This document shows positions 39,503 through 48,128 of a stretch of 61,067 nucleotides of DNA, one piece after another (position 1 is the first letter of the stretch; every line of letters starts with the position of its first letter). The notes under the pieces are model-generated. The model searched no databases. It was given only the letters and a program-made list of their open reading frames with translations, and was not told where the DNA came from. The stretch is from a virus (lineage: Duplodnaviria; Caudoviricetes), in IMG/VR virus record IMGVR_UViG_3300042907_000531, positions 1 through 61,067 of that record, one strand, 5' to 3'. The position numbers were made by a program, and so were the translations under genes.

Positions 39503-41899
39503 ATGAATAATCTCTGTTATGGTAAACAATGGATAGCAGAAAAGAATAAGAATAATAAACTTAATCTTAATGCGATTATTGAAGAGTCAATGGCTGATAA
39601 ATCTATTATGGATTATTGTGAGGAACGTAATCGTTCTCTTGGAATACCTGAAACAGATCTATGTCATGCTCTTGTTGGCTTGACAGAAGAAGCCATTGAA
39701 CAATACCTATCCGAACTTAAGAAGAGAAATCTTTCATGGATTACTCCAATCTATAAATTAGGATCACGAACTGTTGCTGCTCTTATTGTTTCTACCTATT
39801 TAGATTTCGTATTTGTTGATGGATCTTTACCAAAGATTCAATCAGTTATTAAACACATGCGAGTTAATCTAGAACTAGCAAGTACATTTCATCATACTAA
39901 GCAAAGTAATTCTGGTGCTTGGGTTATTGCATCACGTTCTCTTGGAAAGAGTTGGTCACGTAGACAGATGCAAGAGTTTATAAAGACTCACTCCTCTAAT
40001 ACTGACTGTCGAATACCTAAAAAAGATGGTGAAACTTTATGTATTCATCTTATTGATGTCTTAATTCGTATTGGGTTGTGTGAAGAACGCTATAGTTATG
40101 ATGATAAGGGTAATAGAACAACCTGGTTAATGCCAACTGATACGATCACAAAGAATTTAAATGCTGTACACGATGAACTCATGGCTATGGCAAAGATTAT
40201 CTATGCACCCATGATTGTTCCTCCGGTACGTCATACAACAACTGAGTGTGGTGGTACTCATTCACCACATCTTCGTAAGGGTATTGTATCATCCTCTTAT
40301 CTTTACTTTCAAGACGAAACATTTAAAACTAAGTATAGTGGATCTGAACCATCTGAAGAGTGTGTTACTGCTCTTAATAAACTAATGTCTACGGAGTGGT
40401 GTGTAAATCAACGTGTATTTTCTGTGATGAAAGATTTATTCGAAAATAATACACGTGTTGGTAATCTACCACCGTTTGAACCCGATCCAAAACTATTCTC
40501 AGATGATAATTCAGACAATTCTATACGAATTTCTTTATGGAAAGATTGGTTTCGTCGTCTTAACGATACAGTTAGAATGCATCTTAGGTTAAAGATTGCT
40601 AACGATATGATTGGTCACGGTTACTTCTATCATGGGTGGACGTTTGACTTTAGAGGTAGGGCTTATGCTCTATCCGATTTATTGTCACCACAGTCTGGTG
40701 ATCACGATAAATCACTACTAATGTTTGCGAATCCAATGAAGCAAACCACAAGTGGTAGGTATTGGTTAAAGATTCATGTTGCAAATCTATTTGATCAAGA
40801 TAAGTTATCTTTTGATCAGCGTATTGCTTGGGTTGATGCTAATATGGGAATGCTGACTGCTATTAATAAGTGTCCATATACATCCATAAAGTTCTGGTCA
40901 GATAATAAGCCAAAGAAAAACCAATCATTCCAACGATTGGCCGCTGTATTTGAGTTGTGTCGTACTGATGGAATGACTCAACTACCCATTGGTATGGATG
41001 GATCTTGTAATGGTATCCAACATTGGGCAGCAATTGCAAGAGATCCAGTCATTGGTGCTATGGTCAATCTTATTCCTTCTAATAAACCCGGTGATGCCTA
41101 TTCTGTTGTGGCTGAAGAGGTTACAATTAGTATGAATAAGTGTGTTGGTATTGATGATTGGGCTACAATTATGATGGCCTACTGGAATGGAAAAGTTAAT
41201 CGTAGCGTTGTTAAGAGAGCTGTTATGACAGATCCGTATGGTGTTACTAAGCGTGGTATTGTTGATGGATTAGTTAATGATGGCAACTTAGTGTTCATTG
41301 ATATTAAACAACGATATAAAGCAGCAAACTATCTAGCCGACCATATCATTAAAGCTATGGGTAATCTTCTAAAGATTCCAAATGCAGGTAAGATATGGCT
41401 TAAGAAGGTTACAGAGATTGCAGCAGACCTTGGTAAGCATCTTGCATGGACTACACAAACAGGTTTTCTTGTTCGGCATCGGTACTATCCATTAGTTACA
41501 CGATCAGTTGATATCTATACGTTAGTAAAACGTAGGCAAGTTTTGTTTGCTGAGTTTGATAAGTATTCTGTTCAACCACGCCGAGCAAAGAATGGTATCT
41601 CTCCAAATGTAATCCATTCTTTTGATGCTGCTCATATGATTAAGACAATTACCAACATGGCTAATTGTGGTATTGAAGATTTCTCCTTTATACATGATTC
41701 ATATGGCTGTCATGCTCCAATGGTAAGTGTAATGAGAACAATCACGCAAGAAGAGTTTGTAAAACTTCATAGTAGTAACTTACTAGAAGATCTAAAAAAT
41801 CAATTTGAAGAATACCTTGGAGTAAAACTTCCTGATGTACCCAAGACTGGTACATTAGATATTAATCAAGTCTTTGAAAGCGAGTACTTCTTTCATTGA
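39503..41899 (+). CDS. T7-like single-subunit DNA-directed RNA polymerase
   Basis: PMIVPP, DFRGRAY, DGSCNGIQH (motif A), RSVVKRAVMTDPYG (motif B), PNVIHSFDA and IHDSYG (motif C); ends YFFH. Confidence 0.97.
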   Translation: MNNLCYGKQWIAEKNKNNKLNLNAIIEESMADKSIMDYCEERNRSLGIPETDLCHALVGLTEEAIEQYLSELKKRNLSWITPIYKLGSRTVAALIVSTYLDFVFVDGSLPKIQSVIKHMRVNLELASTFHHTKQSNSGAWVIASRSLGKSWSRRQMQEFIKTHSSNTDCRIPKKDGETLCIHLIDVLIRIGLCEERYSYDDKGNRTTWLMPTDTITKNLNAVHDELMAMAKIIYAPMIVPPVRHTTTECGGTHSPHLRKGIVSSSYLYFQDETFKTKYSGSEPSEECVTALNKLMSTEWCVNQRVFSVMKDLFENNTRVGNLPPFEPDPKLFSDDNSDNSIRISLWKDWFRRLNDTVRMHLRLKIANDMIGHGYFYHGWTFDFRGRAYALSDLLSPQSGDHDKSLLMFANPMKQTTSGRYWLKIHVANLFDQDKLSFDQRIAWVDANMGMLTAINKCPYTSIKFWSDNKPKKNQSFQRLAAVFELCRTDGMTQLPIGMDGSCNGIQHWAAIARDPVIGAMVNLIPSNKPGDAYSVVAEEVTISMNKCVGIDDWATIMMAYWNGKVNRSVVKRAVMTDPYGVTKRGIVDGLVNDGNLVFIDIKQRYKAANYLADHIIKAMGNLLKIPNAGKIWLKKVTEIAADLGKHLAWTTQTGFLVRHRYYPLVTRSVDIYTLVKRRQVLFAEFDKYSVQPRRAKNGISPNVIHSFDAAHMIKTITNMANCGIEDFSFIHDSYGCHAPMVSVMRTITQEEFVKLHSSNLLEDLKNQFEEYLGVKLPDVPKTGTLDINQVFESEYFFH

Positions 41900-42123
41900 G
41901 TGTCCGTATTATTGATAGTGAAGGAACAATTGAAGAGGCTGTTAAAGAAGTATATAAGGCCATGGTAAATAAAGAGAGAGCTGAGATAACTCTTCAGTAT
42001 CTTTGCACAACTGACTTTATTCATACACAGTTTCTTAAATACTTAGCAAAATATATTGGCATAAAGAAGCCAAAGAAGGTAACACATGTCAAAATCGACA
42101 TCTTCATCGAAGAAAAAAGTTGA
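41896..42123 (+). CDS. Hypothetical protein
   Basis: TTGA overlap with the RNAP stop. Confidence 0.55.
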   Translation: MSVRIIDSEGTIEEAVKEVYKAMVNKERAEITLQYLCTTDFIHTQFLKYLAKYIGIKKPKKVTHVKIDIFIEEKS

Positions 42124-42304
42124 ACTTAACGGTAAGCATTATCGTTGGGGAGACTTGTATGACTCATGGAATGTACATCAACAGGCTCACTTTGATGGTA
42201 CTGGTATTGATGTAAACGCACCAATCCAACAACAAAATGGACAACCATTGCCATCTCTTTCGGAACAATGGAGAGAAGAATATAAAAATAGGAATCGTAA
42301 ATGA
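42086..42304 (+). CDS. Hypothetical protein
   Basis: SD aagg; coupled to the next gene. Confidence 0.55.
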   Translation: MSKSTSSSKKKVELNGKHYRWGDLYDSWNVHQQAHFDGTGIDVNAPIQQQNGQPLPSLSEQWREEYKNRNRK

Positions 42305-42960
42305 GTAGAGTATTAGTTATCGGAGATCTTCATTGCCCTGCTGTGCATCCACAGTATCTTGATTTTGTTCGCGATGTTAAGCGAAAGTATAGGACAGATA
42401 CTACGGTATTTATTGGAGATGTTGTAGATCATGCATCTATCTCATTTCATAAGAAGAATCCAGAACATCCTGCAGCTATGGATGAATTTAAGCAGGCAAC
42501 TGAATCACTACAGAAGTGGATCACTGCATTTCCTAAGGCTATTATTACTGTAGGTAATCACGATGAACGTGTTGCACGACTTGCCGCTGATGCTGGTATT
42601 CCTGGTCATTACTTGCAAGAATACTCTACTATATATCGAACAAAGAATTGGTCTTGGGTTCAGTCGTGTGAGCTAGATAGTGTCTACTATTATCACGGTG
42701 TCGGTGCCGGTAGTATGTATCCTGCAATTCATGCCGCAAAAATGCGACTGCAATCTGTTGTGATGGGACACTATCACAGTGTTGCTGGTATTAATTGGGT
42801 TGTTGGACCAACATCTAGAGTCTTTGGTATGAATGTTGGATCTGGTGTAGATCGTTTCCATCCCGCAATGCAGTATGGTTCAGCATATCTCAAGAAACCA
42901 ATTGTATCTTGTGCTGTTGTTATTAACGGTCATCCTTACTTGGAGTTGATGGATTTATGA
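42301..42960 (+). CDS. Calcineurin-like metallophosphoesterase
   Basis: GDLH, GDVVD, GNHD, HG and GHYH motifs. Confidence 0.88.
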   Translation: MSRVLVIGDLHCPAVHPQYLDFVRDVKRKYRTDTTVFIGDVVDHASISFHKKNPEHPAAMDEFKQATESLQKWITAFPKAIITVGNHDERVARLAADAGIPGHYLQEYSTIYRTKNWSWVQSCELDSVYYYHGVGAGSMYPAIHAAKMRLQSVVMGHYHSVAGINWVVGPTSRVFGMNVGSGVDRFHPAMQYGSAYLKKPIVSCAVVINGHPYLELMDL

Positions 42961-43403
42961 ATCTAACTCAGCTCAGGAAGAGAGCCAAATACTGGCAAGA
43001 TAAGCTTGGGCTGAAGCATTGGGCTATTAAAGTTGTATGGGCAAAATCTAGTGAATTAGATGATTCAGAAAATACAAAAGTCTATGGACTTAATACTTTC
43101 GATCCGAATCACATGACCTGTCTTATTCAAGTCCTTCACCCTAAAAATGCAGAGGCAACTTATAATGTAGAAGAAACACTTATACACGAGCTTTTGCATC
43201 TCTTTATGTTTCCGCTAGAATCGGCAGCGGGTTTTTCAATCAAGTCTCCTACCGATCAATGGGAGACAGCTATGGAACAGGCGATCAATCGTCTATCGGA
43301 GTTATTAAACAATGGAAGAACAGACTCAGAATCAAGTAATCGCAGCATCAGATCTTCGAGTATACATGATGGCAATGCAAACGGACATCAATCGAATCCG
43401 TGA
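42957..43403 (+). CDS. Small zincin-like (HExxH) protein
   Basis: EETLIHELLHL with downstream EQAIN. Confidence 0.65.
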   Translation: MNLTQLRKRAKYWQDKLGLKHWAIKVVWAKSSELDDSENTKVYGLNTFDPNHMTCLIQVLHPKNAEATYNVEETLIHELLHLFMFPLESAAGFSIKSPTDQWETAMEQAINRLSELLNNGRTDSESSNRSIRSSSIHDGNANGHQSNP

Positions 43404-43488
43404 CTTTGCCAATCAACTTAGTGAACAAGTGGGTAAGGTAATTGAGAACATTGATAGCTTGTCTAAGGAGACTGTAACTAATGGCTGA
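43312..43488 (+). CDS. Hypothetical 58-aa coiled-coil protein, not in the ORF track
   Basis: SD ggag; MEEQTQNQVIAASDLRVYMMAMQTDINR...; overlaps the low-complexity tail of the previous ORF. Confidence 0.5.
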   Translation: MEEQTQNQVIAASDLRVYMMAMQTDINRIRDFANQLSEQVGKVIENIDSLSKETVTNG

Positions 43489-44026
43489 TCGCATCAAGAA
43501 TATTATTACATCAAATCTTCAAGTTAAGTGGAGTAATTTGCTCAAGCCGGATACTATGTTCGGAGATGCCTCCGCTAATCATAATATTACTGTAGTTCTT
43601 ACGCCGGATTTTGAACAACTTCTTATGAGTATTGCTAAGGATAACGGCGTTAAGAAGATTAACGGTCTATACGAAAAGGATGGAGTTACTACAGTAAAGT
43701 TTAAGAGTAAGTCTCATGTTGATAAGGGTGCATATCCATGTCAAGATGCTACTGGAAACTTCACTGATGTGGTTCCGTTTGGTGATGATGTTGTACGCCT
43801 TAAGTTGGCACCAGTAGTAGTCACTAAGGGTGCAAGTAAAACTATGTCTTTCTATCTTAATGGTGTACAAATTGTGCATAAGAATTCTACATCAGAGAAG
43901 AAGACAAACGGTTTTGCTCCGGTGGATGGAGGATTTGTTGGAACACGTGTTGAAGCACCAGTTATTAACAAGCCTATTGAGCAAGTAATTTCCAGCGGTA
44001 TTACAGACGATGAGATTCCATTCTAA
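43481..44026 (+). CDS. Single-stranded DNA-binding protein (gp2.5-like)
   Basis: WSNLLKPDTMF, SFYLNGVQIV and acidic C-terminus DDEIPF. Confidence 0.82.
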   Translation: MADRIKNIITSNLQVKWSNLLKPDTMFGDASANHNITVVLTPDFEQLLMSIAKDNGVKKINGLYEKDGVTTVKFKSKSHVDKGAYPCQDATGNFTDVVPFGDDVVRLKLAPVVVTKGASKTMSFYLNGVQIVHKNSTSEKKTNGFAPVDGGFVGTRVEAPVINKPIEQVISSGITDDEIPF

Positions 44027-44391
44027 TGAAGTGGAAGTTCCCAATCTCACCCGTTGCTGCATCTAGGCCACGGGTTAGTAAGTGGGGTAGTTATTACACA
44101 GGTACATATAAAGAGTTTAGAGAACAGGCTAGACCGATTATTACCGCTGTACTAGACGGTCTAAGTCCTACTGACAAAGACTTAAAGGTATATGTAAAAC
44201 TCTGTGTAGAAAAACCTAAGTCAACTAAACTTGACTACCCTAGACCTGATATTGATAACTATTTAAAGTCAATTTTTGATTTAATGAATGGACATTTGTG
44301 GGTGGATGATAGACAAATTGTCTATGTTCAAGCTACAAAGGAATGGTCTAAGAGTTCTGGATACTTTATAGTGGAGATTGAATATGATTGA
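44026..44391 (+). CDS. rusA: RusA-family Holliday junction resolvase
   Basis: PVAASRPRV and RPDIDNYLKSIFD-NG-WVDDRQIV catalytic Asp pattern. Confidence 0.88.
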   Translation: MKWKFPISPVAASRPRVSKWGSYYTGTYKEFREQARPIITAVLDGLSPTDKDLKVYVKLCVEKPKSTKLDYPRPDIDNYLKSIFDLMNGHLWVDDRQIVYVQATKEWSKSSGYFIVEIEYD

Positions 44392-44611
44392 AAAAGATAA
44401 TGACGGTGGTTGGAATATTATGGCTATTGCTCGTTCTTCAAGTGGAAATCCAGCAAGTGGTGTCACACTAACAACCGATAGTGAAATCTCTGGTTTGGTT
44501 TCTGTTATGGTTGTAGCGGAGGATGACTCAGTTGCTGAAGTTAAGGTTTATCTCAGTGATCTTGAACAGGTGGTAAGTACGCTGACTAATAATCCGCGTT
44601 GTTGCCTCTAA
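44384..44611 (+). CDS. Hypothetical protein
   Basis: SD ggag; coupled. Confidence 0.55.
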   Translation: MIEKDNDGGWNIMAIARSSSGNPASGVTLTTDSEISGLVSVMVVAEDDSVAEVKVYLSDLEQVVSTLTNNPRCCL

Positions 44612-44648
44612 AACTATAGAGGGGTGCGTCTCTTTAACGCACACTTAT

Positions 44649-44725
44649 GGTAGGGTGCCTGATAGCTTGGTAAAAGGTCGTGACTTATAATCGCGCTCAT
44701 GTGGGTTCGACTCCCACCCCTACTA
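44649..44725 (+). tRNA. tRNA-Ile(UAU)
   Basis: Acceptor GGTAGGG/CCCTACT; anticodon arm CGTGA-CTTATAA-TCGCG; T arm GTGGG-TTCGACT-CCCAC. Confidence 0.82.
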
Positions 44726-44730
44726 CTTAC

Positions 44731-44803
44731 GCCATAGTAGACCAACGGCAGAGTCAATAGACTTAAAATCTGTGTAGTGTGGGTTCGAATCCCATCTATG
44801 GCA
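44731..44803 (+). tRNA. tRNA-Leu(UAA), short variable arm
   Basis: Acceptor GCCATAG/CTATGGC; ATAGA-CTTAAAA-TCTGT; GTGGG-TTCGAAT-CCCAT. Confidence 0.85.
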
Positions 44804-44807
44804 TTAT

Positions 44808-44880
44808 GATTTCGTAACTCAATTGGTAGAGTAGCGGACTTTTAATCCGTTAGTTATGGGTTCAAGTCCCGTCGAAATCA
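44808..44880 (+). tRNA. tRNA-Lys(UUU)
   Basis: Acceptor GATTTCG/CGAAATC; GCGGA-CTTTTAA-TCCGT; ATGGG-TTCAAGT-CCCGT. Confidence 0.9.
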
Positions 44881-44884
44881 CTAT

Positions 44885-44958
44885 ATCCTTGTAGCTCAGT
44901 TGGATAGAGCAATAGCCTTCTAAGCTATTTGTCAGTGGTTCGAGTCCACTCAGGGATG
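44885..44958 (+). tRNA. tRNA-Arg(UCU)
   Basis: Acceptor ATCCTTG/CAGGGAT; ATAGC-CTTCTAA-GCTAT; AGTGG-TTCGAGT-CCACT. Confidence 0.92.
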
Positions 44959-44974
44959 TTGAAAGGAGTATCAT

Positions 44975-45316
44975 ATGGATACTATTACTATTGTGTGTGG
45001 AGTTTGTGGTCTCAGTGTTGCGGGTTATGTAGCTTGGATTCTTAAGAGCGAGTTTAATACACTATATTATGAAATTGAAAACGCTAAAAGAATAAATGAG
45101 GATACTGTAAGATGTATAGCAAAAAGTTATTATCAAGATGCTGTGTATTATGTGGACTGTAAAACTGATGTATTAATGAAGCCTTTATCGGGTGTTATTA
45201 AGAAGGAAGAGATCAGAAAACAAATTGAGTTGACTCAGAATAACATTGCATACCATAACAAACGTAAGCTAGAGTGTACTAAACTACTTAAGGAACTTAA
45301 AAACAATGCATCCTAA
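44975..45316 (+). CDS. Hypothetical protein with N-terminal TM
   Basis: SD aaggag; IVCGVCGLSVAGYVAWIL. Confidence 0.65.
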   Translation: MDTITIVCGVCGLSVAGYVAWILKSEFNTLYYEIENAKRINEDTVRCIAKSYYQDAVYYVDCKTDVLMKPLSGVIKKEEIRKQIELTQNNIAYHNKRKLECTKLLKELKNNAS

Positions 45317-45773
45317 TGAACATACTAATAATACTCTTAAGGCCCGGGAGTTATCCACACCCGATGATACATATACTACAGAAGAAACGATCAATCAACT
45401 GAAAGCACTCACGGAAAAACTTTGTCTTGTGAAAGATCGCATAACGATTGACCACGCTATCATCGAGATTAGATCTGCCGCGAACGAGATTGATATTCTT
45501 CGAGTCTGGTGTAAAGGTGTTGAAGCTGATAATACCACATATCGAAACTTGTATAATGCAACGCTTCAACAACGCGATGAGGCGAAGCGGCTTCTGAAGG
45601 CTGTCGTAGACATCACGCTTGAAGGCATGGCTCCCAATGCTACGCACCCGAAGCACCCGTGCGATTTCGTGCACCGTCCCCACATTGCTATATGCAAAAT
45701 GTGCGAGGATTGGGCAAAAGCCCTTGCAGCGATCTACCCCGATGATTTTAAAGACGAGGAGGACGGCAAGTGA
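45306..45773 (+). CDS. Hypothetical protein, apparently chimeric (AT-rich 5' half, GC-rich 3' half)
   Basis: SAANEIDILR..QRDEAKR; HPC..H..CKMC. Confidence 0.6.
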   Translation: MHPNEHTNNTLKARELSTPDDTYTTEETINQLKALTEKLCLVKDRITIDHAIIEIRSAANEIDILRVWCKGVEADNTTYRNLYNATLQQRDEAKRLLKAVVDITLEGMAPNATHPKHPCDFVHRPHIAICKMCEDWAKALAAIYPDDFKDEEDGK

Positions 45774-45843
45774 AAGACACAGACATCATTGCGGCGATTG
45801 CGCCCGATGCCTATCTTGCTTGGATGCGTGAAAAAAATAAACC

Positions 45844-45871
45844 TTGACAATTGAACTCATACTGGTATAAT
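45844..45871 (+). promoter_or_regulatory. Consensus sigma70 promoter
   Basis: TTGACA-16 nt-TATAAT with extended -10 TG and an upstream A-tract. Confidence 0.85.
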
Positions 45872-45877
45872 ACGACC

Positions 45878-46294
45878 ATGAGCAACGAACACACACAATT
45901 TCTTCGTGATTTTGCGAATTACAACATTGACTCGTTTGAGGAGGAGCAACTGCGTATGCTCCGCAATGCAGCAAGAGAGATCGAAAATCTGATCGAAGAA
46001 CGCAACTCCGCAGAGCGTGACGATGCGAAGGACAAGCCCCTTACTCTCACTCCGAAGCCGATCTGCACCGCCCCAAGGGACGGAACCCCGATCCTCGTGT
46101 GGGACGGCGAGTGGAACGCATGGGTGGCAGCGAGGTGGCTAATCGTCTGTGGGATCTACAAGGGATTGGACAGCGGGGGTTGGTACGGCGACCATGATTG
46201 TTCTTGGCGAGCCAACTGCCTAGATGTAAGAACCCCCCAATGGTGGCTTCCGATGCCACCTGATCCGACCAAGAACTCAACTGCCCGACCATGA
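45878..46294 (+). CDS. Hypothetical protein with DUF551-like C-terminus
   Basis: PICTAPRDGTPILVW...PQWWLPMPPDP; ATG lies 7 nt after the -10 box (possibly leaderless). Confidence 0.65.
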   Translation: MSNEHTQFLRDFANYNIDSFEEEQLRMLRNAAREIENLIEERNSAERDDAKDKPLTLTPKPICTAPRDGTPILVWDGEWNAWVAARWLIVCGIYKGLDSGGWYGDHDCSWRANCLDVRTPQWWLPMPPDPTKNSTARP

Positions 46295-46359
46295 CCGAAC
46301 TTCAACATAAATACGCCAAAGACAAAGGCTGGGACTGCTTCAAGGAGGACAAGCGATGA
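46291..46359 (+). pseudogene. Remnant of a GWDCF-family gene
   Basis: MTELQHKYAKDKGWDCFKEDKR matches only the C-terminal motif of 39067-39237. Confidence 0.45.
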
Positions 46360-46432
46360 GCGATGATATCGTGGTGATGTTTACAAGTGGAATTTTTCCA
46401 CAAATAATTAGGAAATCTTTTAAGGAGACAGC

Positions 46433-47089
46433 ATGATTAAGAGTTGCATGATCGGTTTGCTTTTTGCTACAAGCGCAAGTGCAGAGTTTGTTGTTGTTAA
46501 TAACGCAGTTGTTGATACAACTGGCTTCTATTCAGATGCTTTTAGCTCCAATGGTGCATATACCTATGCCCAAAGTGGTGCTCAAGGTTTTAATTTAGAG
46601 GACTCGTATACGACATCATCACTTAAGTGGTGGGGTTCGATGAATGGTTTTAACGATCAGGGTATTTCAAATGTAAACGCATTCCAGATTGTTGTGTGGT
46701 CTGCTGACTTTAGTAATCAGGTAGTAAGCACTACAATTTCGCTTAATGATCTTGACATCTTCAAGACTGGTGACTATAGCTTCTTTGGTCAACCTGTCTA
46801 TGAGTTTTCTCTTCCCTTTAGCTACCAACTTTCAGCTGGTAGTTACTATATGAACATCGGCGCGTCTATTAAAGACCCAGTTGGCGATCAGTTTGTCTGG
46901 TCACAAGGTCAAGCAGTTAATGACTTTTGGTTTACCGACGATAACAGTCAGCACAATTGGGGTGATTGGAGAAAGCTTCCAACCTTTATTGGAAATACAG
47001 CTGGTGGTTCGTTTGTAATGACTGCTCCTACTCCGGGTACCATTGCACTCTTGGGTATTGCTGGTATTGTTTCGAAGCGTCGTCGATAA
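46433..47089 (+). CDS. Secreted protein with PEP-CTERM-type (PTPG) exosortase sorting signal
   Basis: Signal peptide MIKSCMIGLLFATSASA; C-terminal APTPGTIALLGIAGIVSKRRR; SD aaggag. Confidence 0.85.
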   Translation: MIKSCMIGLLFATSASAEFVVVNNAVVDTTGFYSDAFSSNGAYTYAQSGAQGFNLEDSYTTSSLKWWGSMNGFNDQGISNVNAFQIVVWSADFSNQVVSTTISLNDLDIFKTGDYSFFGQPVYEFSLPFSYQLSAGSYYMNIGASIKDPVGDQFVWSQGQAVNDFWFTDDNSQHNWGDWRKLPTFIGNTAGGSFVMTAPTPGTIALLGIAGIVSKRRR

Positions 47090-47101
47090 ACAAAACATAG
47101 A

Positions 47102-47124
47102 CCCCCCTTCAATCGTGAAGGGGG
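47102..47124 (+). terminator. Hairpin closing the accessory cassette
   Basis: CCCCCTTCA-ATCG-TGAAGGGGG; short T tail. Confidence 0.55.
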
Positions 47125-47137
47125 CTTGAGGAAACCA

Positions 47138-47794
47138 ATGATTCAATATGTAGATCACATGGGTTGTGATGAAGCCGTCTGTGATGCGGCTAGAGTCAGT
47201 ATGAACAAGTCAGCTGATCTGTTTACTGTAAGCCAAAACGAGAGACTGATTGGCTACCTTGCAAAGCACAATCACTGGAGTCCATTCTCACATTGTGTAC
47301 TAAAGGTTAGAGTTTCGGCTCCAATCTTTATTGCACGACAGCTTGCAAAACATCAAGTTGGTTTCTCATGGAACGAAGTTTCTCGTCGGTATGTATCCGA
47401 TGCTCCCACCTTCTTTGTTCCAGATAACTTTAGAGACAAGGCTGACAATGTTAAGCAAGGGTCAGCATCGACAACCAATCTTCATTCTCAGCTTTATAAG
47501 ACAAAGCTTGAGAACTTGTGTAATCATGCAGCAACTATCTATCAAGAGATGTTGGATGATAACGTTTGTCCTGAACAAGCGAGAGCAATTCTGCCTCAAG
47601 CAATGATGACAGATTGGATCTGGACAGGATCTCTATATGCGTGGTCTCGTATGTATAATCTTCGTGCTGATCCACACTCTCAATTAGAGGTTCAAGAATA
47701 CGCTGCTAAAATTGGAAACCTATGCTTCAAGTATTTTCCTATATCATGGAGAGCACTAACTAACTATGGCTTTGAACCTGAGTCATCTCGTTAA
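47138..47794 (+). CDS. thyX: Flavin-dependent thymidylate synthase
   Basis: DAARVS, HWSPFSH, ARQLAKHQVGFSWNEVSRRY, PEQARAILPQ and HSQLEV. Confidence 0.95.
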   Translation: MIQYVDHMGCDEAVCDAARVSMNKSADLFTVSQNERLIGYLAKHNHWSPFSHCVLKVRVSAPIFIARQLAKHQVGFSWNEVSRRYVSDAPTFFVPDNFRDKADNVKQGSASTTNLHSQLYKTKLENLCNHAATIYQEMLDDNVCPEQARAILPQAMMTDWIWTGSLYAWSRMYNLRADPHSQLEVQEYAAKIGNLCFKYFPISWRALTNYGFEPESSR

Positions 47795-48128
47795 ACTAGC
47801 CAAGTTATTTCCACCAGATACACGTACACATTATTCGGTTATATTACACCGTAATAAGATTGTAGCTATTGGGGAGGAGAACAGGAAGAAGACACACCCA
47901 CAAGCGAAGAAACTTGGTTATAAGTATCCAACAATACACTCAGAGCTTGCTGCTTTCATGGAGCTGGATAAAGTCTTAGTTAAAGACGCTGTGTTAGTTA
48001 ATCTTCGTATCTCCCCCACTGGTCAAGCGGGTATGGCAAAACCTTGTAGGTATTGTCTTGGGTGGGTAACAGAAATATTTAAAGAAGTTTGGTATACAAA
48101 TCAAGAGGGAATCTTAGTGAAGCTATGA
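47766..48128 (+). CDS. Zinc-dependent cytidine/dCMP deaminase-fold protein
   Basis: IHSELAA ... AKPCRYC. Confidence 0.8.
   Translation: MALNLSHLVKLAKLFPPDTRTHYSVILHRNKIVAIGEENRKKTHPQAKKLGYKYPTIHSELAAFMELDKVLVKDAVLVNLRISPTGQAGMAKPCRYCLGWVTEIFKEVWYTNQEGILVKL

Noticed and set aside
44649-44958. Integration (attP) site or prophage status
   Set aside because: No integrase or repressor recognised and no host genes in the window
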